Positions 16,237-25,515 of a DNA stretch of 44,551 nt are shown here, one piece after another; the stretch's first letter is position 1, and the number at the start of each line of letters is the position of its first letter. Below the pieces are notes generated by a model. That model was not told the DNA's origin. It did no database searches and saw nothing but the letters and a program-made list of their open reading frames with translations. A program made the position numbers and the translations under genes. Where the stretch lies: the sequence record MW331437.1, one strand, 5' to 3'. Source of the DNA: Escherichia phage phiWAO78-1.

Positions 16237-16601
16237 ACGCGCTGTACAGGTTCGCCACCTACGAGTTTGTGGATAAGCATAAAATCAGAGAGTTTGATTC
16301 TATAGCCGACGGACACGAACAGGCGCTTATCGCGATGGGTGTAATCGATAAGAAAAAACGTGCAGCGCGACGGGGTGGGCCGGAATGCCCGCCCCTTTTT
16401 ATATCCACCTTTGAGACGTATTGCGACATTAAGTTTACGCGACACGTGCGCGAGGACGCTGTAGTATTGTTTGCAAGAGAATCCGTTACGTGGCAAGACC
16501 TGAAAGCCTATCTCGATGTTACGCAAAAACAGCTTAGCCTGTTCGAGATAGACATTATCATGGGCTTAGAAGCAATCTTTGAAGGTAGAAATCATGGCTG
16601 A
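16206..16601 (+). CDS. Tail assembly chaperone -1 frame extension (candidate programmed frameshift product)
   Basis: Frame -1 relative to 15820-16236 is open from 16206 and runs to 16601, overlapping the upstream ORF's last 10 codons; candidate slip site G-GAA-AAG at 16227-16233; no SD before the GTG at 16269. Confidence 0.4.
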   Translation, partial: RRAQSITGKVDALYRFATYEFVDKHKIREFDSIADGHEQALIAMGVIDKKKRAARRGGPECPPLFISTFETYCDIKFTRHVREDAVVLFARESVTWQDLKAYLDVTQKQLSLFEIDIIMGLEAIFEGRNHG

Positions 16602-18867
16602 TACCGCTAGCTTGATAGTACGAGTATCATCGACCGGCGTCGATAAAACCACATCACAACTGAACGGGCTTACTAAGGCGGCTGGGGCCGCTGCTGCTGC
16701 CGTCGTCAGTCTGGAAACCGCTAAGCAGGTGTTCAGTGCGCTGGTGGACTCCCAGCGCAACTTCGATAAGCTGAATTCCGGCCTCATCACGATGACCGGG
16801 AGCGCTGAGAACGCGGCTAAGGCTTTCAGCGTCCTGCAACAGTTCGCAAAAGAAACCCCATATGGTCTTAACCAGGCGGTGGAAGGCTTTACTAAGCTGG
16901 TGGCCCTCGGCCTGAACCCCAGCAAAGAGGCGTTAATCTCCTACGGCAACACCGCGGCAGCGATGGGTAAAGACCTTAATCAGATGATTGAGGCCGTGGC
17001 GGACGCCAGTACCTTTGAGTTTGAGCGACTGAAAGAGTTCGGTATTAAGTCATCACAGCAGGCGGATACAGTTTCGTTCACGTTCCGCGGTGTAACGACC
17101 ACGGTTAAGAAGAACTCCGAAGAGATTCAGAAATACCTTCTGAATATCGGTAACACTGATTTCGCCGGGGCGATGGAGACGCGCTCGAAGACATTAGATG
17201 GTCAGTTGTCGAGCCTGGCGGACTCCTTTGACGGCCTTGTACTTGCGGTGGCGCAATCAGGTTTCGGCGACGCCGTAGGCGAGCAAGCTGCGACCGCGGA
17301 AGATGCTATCACGGCGCTTACCGACGCCATCGCGTCTAATGAGATAGCCGCCACGCTCCAGGATTGGGCAACACTGTTCAATGAATCGTTCAAGTTTATT
17401 TCTGATGCCCTGAATGACCTGGCATTCGATACCGAGGACAAATCCGTTGATATGTCAGACTCGCTGGGGGCTATACCGGATGCTATTCGTGAGTGGTTGC
17501 CGGAGATTCAAAGAATAGCGAAGGATATGTATGTAGAGTTCCAGGCTATCGACATGCAAGCGGCGCTTCTGGCGCAGTCTATTAAGTCGGCCTTCACTCC
17601 GGGAGAAACAGCGGAGGGTACATTTGCCGCAGGTCAGGCCGCTATTCAGTTCTTCAAAGACACAGAAAGGGCGAAAAACAAGGCTGAGGCGGACGGGATA
17701 ACCCAACGCTCGAAGCAGCGTAAGAAAGAAATTGAGGAACAGCGCAAGCAGTACGACGAGCGCAAGAAGCAAGAAATAGACTTAGCCAGCCTTGTTAATA
17801 AAAATGGCGGAACTGGTGGGGCGGGAAATACCAACGACAAAGACGCGAAAGCCGCCGCTAAGAAAGCGGAGCAATTGCGTAAACAGGCCCAAGATTACCT
17901 CGACACTTTGGCCCGTCAGAACAACGACGAGTTAAAGGCGATTGACGCGCAGGAAAAGCAGAAACTTGCTAAGGCAAAAGAGTTCTACAGCCAGGGCGCG
18001 TTGTCTCTGAAAGAATACGAGCAAGCAAAAACGGCTATTGTCCTTGAAGCAGGGCAAAAACGCCAAGATGAACTGGATAAACGCCAGAAAGAAGCCCAGG
18101 AAAAGCAGCAGAAAGGTGACGACTTCATGGCTCAGATTATGGGCCAGAACGCTACTGAACTTGAGCTTCTAGACATCCAGGAACAGCAGAAACTGGCGGT
18201 AGCCGATAAGTACCGTGAGCAGGGTCTGATTAGCGAGAAGCAGTATCAGGCTGCGCTTAACGCCATCAACGAGCAGTACGCCACAAAGCGTGCCGACGCA
18301 ACGGCAACCGCCTTTGGTAACATGGCTTCAAACATCGGGTCTGCGTTGGGCGAGGCTTCTGGTGCGTACAAGGCATTTGCTATCGTACAGGCCACCATAG
18401 CCACGTACACCGCAGCTATTGAGGCGTACAAGTCCACAGCAGCTATCCCTGTAGTCGGTCCGTTCCTGGCTCCTGTAGCTGCCGCCGCTGCCGTTGGGGC
18501 GGGTATGGCGCAGATTTCCGCTATCAGGTCCGCCCGTGAACAGGGCGGTCAGTTATCCGCGGGGCAGGTTTCCACCATCGCCGAACGTGGTAAACCAGAA
18601 GTTATCATGCCAGCAGGCGCATCTCGCGTACGAACTGCGCAGCAGATGAAAGAAATTATGGGGCAAAACGGGTCTTCTTCTGGACCGTCTAATGTTACCA
18701 TCGTAAACAACACGAGTTCTCAAATCGGCAACGTATCCACTGAGCAGGATGATGAAGGCCGTTTGCGCATCATCATAGAAGAGCAAGTGGCGGCCTCTTT
18801 GCAGAACAGCAACAGTAAGATTAGCAAGGCTCGCAAGGCCACAAGAAACGCACCGGGGTTTAAATAA
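16594..18867 (+). CDS. Tail tape measure protein
   Basis: 758 aa from ATG 16594, Ala/Gln/Lys/Glu-rich with long helical stretches, preceded by chaperone pair. Confidence 0.8.
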   Translation: MADTASLIVRVSSTGVDKTTSQLNGLTKAAGAAAAAVVSLETAKQVFSALVDSQRNFDKLNSGLITMTGSAENAAKAFSVLQQFAKETPYGLNQAVEGFTKLVALGLNPSKEALISYGNTAAAMGKDLNQMIEAVADASTFEFERLKEFGIKSSQQADTVSFTFRGVTTTVKKNSEEIQKYLLNIGNTDFAGAMETRSKTLDGQLSSLADSFDGLVLAVAQSGFGDAVGEQAATAEDAITALTDAIASNEIAATLQDWATLFNESFKFISDALNDLAFDTEDKSVDMSDSLGAIPDAIREWLPEIQRIAKDMYVEFQAIDMQAALLAQSIKSAFTPGETAEGTFAAGQAAIQFFKDTERAKNKAEADGITQRSKQRKKEIEEQRKQYDERKKQEIDLASLVNKNGGTGGAGNTNDKDAKAAAKKAEQLRKQAQDYLDTLARQNNDELKAIDAQEKQKLAKAKEFYSQGALSLKEYEQAKTAIVLEAGQKRQDELDKRQKEAQEKQQKGDDFMAQIMGQNATELELLDIQEQQKLAVADKYREQGLISEKQYQAALNAINEQYATKRADATATAFGNMASNIGSALGEASGAYKAFAIVQATIATYTAAIEAYKSTAAIPVVGPFLAPVAAAAAVGAGMAQISAIRSAREQGGQLSAGQVSTIAERGKPEVIMPAGASRVRTAQQMKEIMGQNGSSSGPSNVTIVNNTSSQIGNVSTEQDDEGRLRIIIEEQVAASLQNSNSKISKARKATRNAPGFK

Positions 18868-19367
18868 TGAGCGACTTATATTTCCCACGTAGCCTTAAGC
18901 CGGTGGTGTCGAAAGGCTACTCGATGGCCCGACGTAACAACGTCTGGAGTGTTGATTTAGCGGGCGGCGGTGTACGTCAGGGCCGTGACACGTATTACGA
19001 CGTGTTCCCGATAAGCGTAACCCTGGTTACATCGGCGCTGGGGCGGCAGGCGTTTCTGTCGTTCCTCGAAAAAGTAGACGGCGGTGCTTCAAGTTTCTGG
19101 ATGGCGCATGACTTCGGCATGGGTATCGAGGATTATCAGGTAACTATCACGTCAACCATCGCAGAGTCCACAGAAGATGGCATTAACTGGACGATTACTT
19201 TCACGGCAACCGCTGAGAAATCGCCGTTCCAGGACCTCGAGAATCAGTGCCTTGTTAACAATCTGCCCGATTTGTATGGTTGCTATGGTGATGGGCTGGG
19301 ATGTTTCCTCAAAGCCTACGGAACTGCACAATCAACGTTCCCACGAATTTGGGATCCGATGCAATGA
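18867..19367 (+). CDS. Minor tail protein (distal tail)
   Basis: Position immediately after tape measure; overlapping stop/start (TAATGA). Confidence 0.45.
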   Translation: MSDLYFPRSLKPVVSKGYSMARRNNVWSVDLAGGGVRQGRDTYYDVFPISVTLVTSALGRQAFLSFLEKVDGGASSFWMAHDFGMGIEDYQVTITSTIAESTEDGINWTITFTATAEKSPFQDLENQCLVNNLPDLYGCYGDGLGCFLKAYGTAQSTFPRIWDPMQ

Positions 19368-19879
19368 GCCAAGAATCAGTAGAAGCCGCCTATCGCCGTA
19401 AACTGGCCTCAAACCCCGACGGCGAGATGGACTACATCACGTTGCAAATCAGCCACCCGCTGTTGTCGAAGACGTATTATCTTGTGCGTGGGTTGCAGGA
19501 GCTTACGGCGACACTGGAGACGGGCGAAACAATCACGTTCGAGCCAACCCCGATGGAAGCGGCGGGGGCCGCTAACAACAGTGATATGGACCAGACGACG
19601 ACGTTCACTTTACCGGATATTCTCAATCAACTGGACGATGAGATGGATAAAATCCCGATGAGTAACACTGAGTTGCCGAAATTCGTCTTCCGCCGTTATG
19701 TCAGCACCGACCTGTCTTACCCGGCTGACGGCCCTGTCGTGTATGAGTTGCAGGCTATCAACCAGGAGAAAGGCGAGTTCTCCGCGGATGTTGGTACGCC
19801 TATGCTGAACCAACGAAGCACTGGTATACTGATGACACCTAAAGAGATACCGTTATTACGCGGCCTGTTGACCACATGA
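19364..19879 (+). CDS. Minor tail protein
   Basis: ATG 19364 overlaps upstream stop (ATGA); position in tail tip gene series. Confidence 0.45.
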   Translation: MSQESVEAAYRRKLASNPDGEMDYITLQISHPLLSKTYYLVRGLQELTATLETGETITFEPTPMEAAGAANNSDMDQTTTFTLPDILNQLDDEMDKIPMSNTELPKFVFRRYVSTDLSYPADGPVVYELQAINQEKGEFSADVGTPMLNQRSTGILMTPKEIPLLRGLLTT

Positions 19880-20241
19880 ATATTAACGACTACACGGGCA
19901 TACCTTACGACTTTCGTAAACGCAATTGCTGGCATCATGTGCGCATTGTCCGCGCGGATGCCGGGTTAGATACGCCAGCGTTCGACGTTACAAGCCCAAC
20001 GGCAATTAACGACGCGTTTGACGAAGGACATCGCAACACGAAGGGGCTTACAAAAATTGATAAGCCTGAAAACTTCTGTGCTGTGCTTATGGGGTATCGC
20101 CGTGGTGGTCGTATCGTGTGGCACGCAGGAGTTTACTTCGACGGGATGGTCAGCCATTGCGAGCTTGCGTCCCGTCAGGTACGGCTTGACAGGCTGGCGG
20201 ACCTCAGAGACACATACACGGAGATTGAATTTTGGCGATAA
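19876..20241 (+). CDS. Tail assembly protein (lambda K-like?; Cys/His-containing)
   Basis: 121 aa with NCWHHV and downstream His residues, positioned like lambda gpK between minor tail and central fiber genes; family assignment tentative. Confidence 0.35.
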   Translation: MNINDYTGIPYDFRKRNCWHHVRIVRADAGLDTPAFDVTSPTAINDAFDEGHRNTKGLTKIDKPENFCAVLMGYRRGGRIVWHAGVYFDGMVSHCELASRQVRLDRLADLRDTYTEIEFWR

Positions 20242-20297
20242 TCCTGCACTACACGCGAAACGCTGATGGCGCTTTCGACCGTACAAAACACGTCGGG

Positions 20298-22787
20298 ATG
20301 CCGATGGAGTTTGTCGTTAACCGTATCCCGGACGGCGTGCCGGTGCGCGTCTACCTGGGCGAGATTGGCGATGATACTGATGTCACCGACGACTTCGACG
20401 CACTCAAAGACGAAGACGCCGTGTACCACATTATTGAGGGCGCGGGTAGCGGGGCGCTCGGTGCAGTTAGTAAGGTGTTCGGTTTTATCCTTAAGCCAAT
20501 TGCCAAGTTGTTTGGTCTGAACACGGCCGCCAACGCCAACTACACGGCGACTAACAACCAGACAACATCGCCGAATAACAGCCTCACAGACCGCTCCAAC
20601 AAGCCGCGTCCTTACGAGCGCTCTTATGACATCTGCGGTACTGTGCAGACAATCCCTAATGACCTGATGCAGACGTACAAGGCGTTCAACTCCACGGGTG
20701 CTTTGCTGGAGTATTCATACTACGACGCAGGGCGCGGACATCTGCATATTGAGGCGGATGGCGTCACAGAAGGCGACACCCTGATAAGCGACATCACAGG
20801 CTCCTCTGTTGCCGTGTATGCGCCGTATACTTCCCCGAACAACACCGCATCGCCTCAACTACAAATCGGCGACGTCATTGACCAGAAACTCTATGTGACA
20901 TACTCCAACGACGACGTTGATGGTATTGTACTGAAGGCGCCAAACGACATTGGGGCTAACCCAAGCGCCGGCGGCACAGCTAAACGTATTTCAACCACAG
21001 GCTACATCTACGACCCGTCGGGCGGCTCTGCTTTTTCTGAGTTTCTTAGCGTCGGTGATGTCGCGGTGCTTAGCAACTTCGATGTTGCTGACGTCACTAA
21101 CCTGAACGGCTCGTTTGAGGTTTTATACGTTGACGACTTTGAGGTTCGGTTGTACGTCGGGGATATAGGTAACTGGGGCAACCTTAATAGCGGAGAGACT
21201 TACGCACTTACAGAGCGTTCTGATACATTCATTGGCCCAAGCAACACCTATGGCGTATCTCTTACGGACTGGTATTACATGGTTCGCGGAGAGGTTGACC
21301 GTGTGCTCGCTAACGTCGCGGGGCAGAACGGCCTCTACAAATACGACGGCGGATATAACCGCACCAGCGTAACCGTAGAACTCCAGTACCAGATGATTGA
21401 CTCTCAGCGTAACCCGTTGAGCGATATTTACACGGTACAGGCCACAATTACAGGCAACAACACGGACTACGTCGGCACGTCTATCTACGGTCAACTGCCT
21501 ACTGCATCGCGTTTCCGCGCCCGTATGCGTCGTATAACGAATTTTGATAAAGACTACGACGGTACGGTAAGCGACGAGATAACCTTCATCAACCTGTACG
21601 GTCAGTCTCTGGACACAACCCCGCACTACGGCAACCGAACTACCGTACATTGTGCCCGTAAACAGACGCCGCGTGCCGCCAGTATCGACAACCCGGAACT
21701 GCGCATGATTGCAACCGAGATGTGCTACAAATACCTCGGCAATGGGGTATTCGATACCGTAATGACGCCGAATACGCAGGCCGTGCAATCTCTAATCCGA
21801 CTGGCGCGTGACCCGGCGGTTGGTAATCTGGAACTCACAACGGCAAACATGGATAAGTTACTATCCGTGCAGGAAGAAATTGAGTCCTATTTCGGAAGTG
21901 AATTGGCGGGGCAGTTCTGCTACACGTTCGACGACTACGACACCACGATGCAGGACATCGTTCAGACTATAGCGGAAGCCGTGTTCTGCACAGCGTACCG
22001 TAAAGGCGCGGATATTATGTTGCGCTTCGACCGTCCAGTTGCGGGGCCTGAGATGGTGTTCACCCACCGCAGCAAAACTACCGGTACAGAGAAATGGACG
22101 CGCACGTTCAACGATTCTACTACCTACGATAGCCTGTCGTTCTCATACATCGACCCGGATACTAACGTACAGGAAACGATTTATATCCCGGAAGAACTCG
22201 GGGTAAATACAGAGGAATATGAATCGAAGGGCGTGCGCAACTACCAGCAAGCGTACTGGCTGGCGTGGCGTCGCTACCAGCGCAATGCGTTAAGTAAAGT
22301 TGTCGTAGAGTTCGAAGCTACGGAAGAAGGCGCTCTAGCTACTCCCGGCGGCGTAATCAGCGTGGTTAAAGGCTCCCGCATTGCCACGCAGGATGGCTAT
22401 GTTGTTGCCGTTAATGGGCTTACACTTACGTTATCTCAGCCGGTTACATTTACCTCTGGCGACGACCACTCCATCATCCTCAAGAAGCGCGACGGCTCCG
22501 TACAGAGTATCTCCGTTATCAAAGGAAGTCACGACCGCGAAGTGATTATGCTCTCCGCGCCGGAGGAGGCAATCTATACGGGGAATAGCGCACTAAAAAC
22601 TGAGTTTTCATTCGGCAACGAAGCAAGGCATAATGCTCAGAAGATAGTTGTTTCTTCAATCGACCCGGGCGACGACCGCACGGTCAAGATTACAGGCTAC
22701 AACTATGACGACGGATTCTATAAATACGACGGCGTCGCGCCATACGGCAGCGGTTTCTCCGACGGATTCAGCAATGGTTTTAATTAA
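20298..22787 (+). CDS. Central tail fiber / tail tip protein (host specificity J-like, putative)
   Basis: About 830 aa ORF after the minor tail genes; start uncertain (ORF open from 20232 with TTG; first ATG at 20298). Confidence 0.5.
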   Translation: MPMEFVVNRIPDGVPVRVYLGEIGDDTDVTDDFDALKDEDAVYHIIEGAGSGALGAVSKVFGFILKPIAKLFGLNTAANANYTATNNQTTSPNNSLTDRSNKPRPYERSYDICGTVQTIPNDLMQTYKAFNSTGALLEYSYYDAGRGHLHIEADGVTEGDTLISDITGSSVAVYAPYTSPNNTASPQLQIGDVIDQKLYVTYSNDDVDGIVLKAPNDIGANPSAGGTAKRISTTGYIYDPSGGSAFSEFLSVGDVAVLSNFDVADVTNLNGSFEVLYVDDFEVRLYVGDIGNWGNLNSGETYALTERSDTFIGPSNTYGVSLTDWYYMVRGEVDRVLANVAGQNGLYKYDGGYNRTSVTVELQYQMIDSQRNPLSDIYTVQATITGNNTDYVGTSIYGQLPTASRFRARMRRITNFDKDYDGTVSDEITFINLYGQSLDTTPHYGNRTTVHCARKQTPRAASIDNPELRMIATEMCYKYLGNGVFDTVMTPNTQAVQSLIRLARDPAVGNLELTTANMDKLLSVQEEIESYFGSELAGQFCYTFDDYDTTMQDIVQTIAEAVFCTAYRKGADIMLRFDRPVAGPEMVFTHRSKTTGTEKWTRTFNDSTTYDSLSFSYIDPDTNVQETIYIPEELGVNTEEYESKGVRNYQQAYWLAWRRYQRNALSKVVVEFEATEEGALATPGGVISVVKGSRIATQDGYVVAVNGLTLTLSQPVTFTSGDDHSIILKKRDGSVQSISVIKGSHDREVIMLSAPEEAIYTGNSALKTEFSFGNEARHNAQKIVVSSIDPGDDRTVKITGYNYDDGFYKYDGVAPYGSGFSDGFSNGFN

Positions 22788-22799
22788 AGAGGACTCTAT

Positions 22800-24833
22800 A
22801 TGTCAAGCGGATGCGGTGACGTTTTAAGCCTGGCGGATTTGCAAACCGCTAAGAAACACCAGATTTTTGAGGCAGAGGTTATTACCGGTAAGTCGGGTGG
22901 GGTGGCTACAGGGGCTGGTATCGATTACGCGACCAACCCTGTTACAGGCCAGACCCAAAAAACGCTCCCCGCCGTGTTGCGTGACGTTGGATTTTCTCCC
23001 GTGTCGTGGGACTTTTCTACCGGCGGTACGTTAACAGTTAATGACCGTGACAAAGTGGTGTACGACCCGGTTAGCAAAACATGGTACTCATACGCAGGTA
23101 CGCTACCGGTTACAGTTCCGGCAGGCTTTAGCCCCGTCGGTAACGCCGACTGGAAACCGCAGACCGACCCGGATTTGAGAAATGACCTGTCTGCCCAAGA
23201 CGGGTTAACTTTAATTGGTAGCGTTCCTGATGTCTTGGCGTTAGCTACGGTCAGTGCTTCGGAGGGGGATAGTATTATCCTCGATTCTTACGCGGGCAGT
23301 AACTTAGGCGGCGGCATTATGGTGGCGGTTTCGTCGACAGTTGATGTCGATAATATCGTAACATTTCCCGGTGATGGTGTTGTCTGGAAAAGGAAATTCT
23401 TCGATGGGTGTGCAACAGTGTATGACGCGGGGTTTAACGGCACGGGAGATTTAGCCGCGTACATTAATAAAATAAATTTGGCAGGTTATGACTGTGTGGT
23501 GCCTATTTCTGGTGAGATAACAACACCGATTGTTTTAGACATAGCAAAAGGCGCACTTATCGGAAAAAATAAATGTACTTTAACAGAATCTGCTTCCGTA
23601 ACTGGTGACTACTACCTAACCATTATTAACTCAAACACGGACTACACTAATAGAGATGTAATTAACGCAACTGCGTTAATGACTGGAGTGTCATTTGTTG
23701 GAAAAGGGGCCAGGAAATTGGCGATCGGTGGTTCTACCAGTGGGGAAGTCTCAGAGTTAAGAATATCTAATTGTGGGTTTATTTCAACAGCCGGAGTCGA
23801 GTTCCTTGATAATGCATACCGCGTATTGTTTGATAAATGTACGTTGTCCAGAAGTTTCACGGACTCGGTTATTTTCAATTCTCCTGCTAACGCTGGTGAG
23901 GCTATTAAGTTTAATCACTGTTGGATGGTGGATAACGGCGGACCATTTACGTTAACTAACGGGCAATTCATCTTTGATAGTTGCTCGCTGCCGGCGGGTA
24001 AGAGATCGGGATACTTTGACCCTGTATTGGCACTTTCTGATAACGCCCACGTAGTATTCGCCAACGGTAATATAGAGTACCAGCCGGGGCAAAGTTTCGT
24101 CGGATTCACGGTTGCAGGTAGCTCACGGCTGAGCATAAAAGACTCGACTGTCCTTCTGCCGTCTGATTACGCTTCGGCTCCTATTGTATGTAATGGCGAC
24201 GGGGTTGTCAGTCTTAGCAATTGCTCTTTGCCGTTATACGGCAGCACCTCCATCGCCACCGGGTTCCCTACCCGGCAGTTGGTAGGCGGCTTGAGCAAAA
24301 AAGTTATGTCACGCGGATGCTACCCTAGAGCTGGTTTTATATCTAGCAACTGGAATTTAGGGGCCATAGTAAGCCCATACATAAACAGTCTAAGCAATGG
24401 CTCAGGACAGTTCTTATCAATTTCAAACTGGACGCTATCGCAAACTGGTACAGGCACGGTAACTGTATCTGTAAACAATGACGTACCGAATACTCAAATG
24501 TTTACGACAGCGTTTTCAGTCACTACCCCGGCGTCATCTGCGAGCGCCAACTTCACACAGACTTGTGAAGATTGCGAGCCGGGTCGATATTTCCAGTTAG
24601 GATTTTGGGCTAAAGGGTTAGTGCCTGTGCTTGCAAGCATTAGGTTTTTAGATAAAAGTGGTAACGCCGTAGCGTCAAGTTCGGGGTACTCTATCCCGCA
24701 ATCCTCTACTTATGCTTTCTTTGCTTTCGTGGACACCGTCCCTCCTGGGGCCTTAACCGCTGAAATAAATTTTGCGATAGGGGGGTCAGCTGGTAGTTTC
24801 TCTTTACATAACGTCATATACGGTTTGATTTAA
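22800..24833 (+). CDS. Tail fiber / tailspike (receptor-binding protein, putative)
   Basis: 677 aa, last gene of the late operon, followed by a strong terminator; C-terminal half is Asn/Ser/Thr/Gly-rich with short repeats suggestive of a beta-helix; GAGGA SD. Confidence 0.6.
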   Translation: MSSGCGDVLSLADLQTAKKHQIFEAEVITGKSGGVATGAGIDYATNPVTGQTQKTLPAVLRDVGFSPVSWDFSTGGTLTVNDRDKVVYDPVSKTWYSYAGTLPVTVPAGFSPVGNADWKPQTDPDLRNDLSAQDGLTLIGSVPDVLALATVSASEGDSIILDSYAGSNLGGGIMVAVSSTVDVDNIVTFPGDGVVWKRKFFDGCATVYDAGFNGTGDLAAYINKINLAGYDCVVPISGEITTPIVLDIAKGALIGKNKCTLTESASVTGDYYLTIINSNTDYTNRDVINATALMTGVSFVGKGARKLAIGGSTSGEVSELRISNCGFISTAGVEFLDNAYRVLFDKCTLSRSFTDSVIFNSPANAGEAIKFNHCWMVDNGGPFTLTNGQFIFDSCSLPAGKRSGYFDPVLALSDNAHVVFANGNIEYQPGQSFVGFTVAGSSRLSIKDSTVLLPSDYASAPIVCNGDGVVSLSNCSLPLYGSTSIATGFPTRQLVGGLSKKVMSRGCYPRAGFISSNWNLGAIVSPYINSLSNGSGQFLSISNWTLSQTGTGTVTVSVNNDVPNTQMFTTAFSVTTPASSASANFTQTCEDCEPGRYFQLGFWAKGLVPVLASIRFLDKSGNAVASSSGYSIPQSSTYAFFAFVDTVPPGALTAEINFAIGGSAGSFSLHNVIYGLI

Positions 24834-24841
24834 ATAAAACT

Positions 24842-24867
24842 AAGGCCCCTTTCGGGGCCTTTTCTCT
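24842..24867. terminator. Bidirectional rho-independent terminator (AAGGCCCC-TTTC-GGGGCCTT)
   Basis: 8-bp stem plus T-run between the convergent late and replication modules. Confidence 0.7.
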
Positions 24868-25003
24868 ACTCTTCTGATAACTTCTCCAGTACAAACGCCA
24901 GTTGCGCATTAGCGGCGTCTCTTTGCTGCCGTAGTCGCAGAACCTCTTCTTCGAGTTCCTTGATACGTTTTTGCAATGCCGGAATCGGGGCTATGATGTT
25001 CAT
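24866..25003 (-). CDS. Small coiled-coil protein (45 aa, hypothetical)
   Basis: ATG overlaps the stop of the upstream Toprim ORF (ATGA); below ORF-track cutoff. Confidence 0.25.
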   Translation of the reverse strand: MNIIAPIPALQKRIKELEEEVLRLRQQRDAANAQLAFVLEKLSEE

Positions 25004-25515
25004 CTGGTAAATTTCCTCGCAAGATACGTTATTTCTTCTTCACAAAGTTCATCAAGGTCGTTTGACACAAATCCTCTGGTGAATGTTTTGCTGAACTTTA
25101 AGCCAGCTTTATCATTGTCGCCCGCGCACACCCAGTCATACGGCAAAAGTGCCATTTGCTGCCGTAGGTCGGTTGGTATATTTGACCCAAGTGCGCTTAC
25201 GGCATTGAACCCGCAATTCATCAAAGCAACAGCTTTAAATATGCTTTCGGTAACAAATACGGTCCCGCTTTCCGGAAGGTATTCGAGCCCCCATAAACAA
25301 GGTCTTGTTGTTCTGGTGAAGTACCGCGCGTCTTTAGGATTTTTACAGTTCTTTTCAGCATGTGGCTTGTAGTGCTGATATCCGCGTAGCTTACCGTCAA
25401 ACCCCCACAGGTAAAATGTAGCTACACCGGGGGCTAAGACTACTCGTAAACGGCCGGCGTCAAAACCACGTGACAGCAGATGTGCCTTAAGTAGAAACTC
25501 CTCGCCATCCATCAT
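25000..25515 (-). CDS. Toprim-domain protein (putative DnaG-like primase core)
   Basis: Conserved Glu in VFVTESIFKAV and DxD in CAGDNDKAG match Toprim catalytic motifs. Confidence 0.5.
   Translation of the reverse strand: MMDGEEFLLKAHLLSRGFDAGRLRVVLAPGVATFYLWGFDGKLRGYQHYKPHAEKNCKNPKDARYFTRTTRPCLWGLEYLPESGTVFVTESIFKAVALMNCGFNAVSALGSNIPTDLRQQMALLPYDWVCAGDNDKAGLKFSKTFTRGFVSNDLDELCEEEITYLARKFTR

Noticed and set aside
16566-16925. 119-aa minus-strand ORF at the start of the tape measure gene
   Set aside because: Antisense to tape measure; no independent signals.
21123-21788. 221-aa minus-strand ORF inside the central fiber gene
   Set aside because: Antisense to a long coherent plus-strand ORF; Arg/Val-rich composition typical of reverse-strand artefacts.
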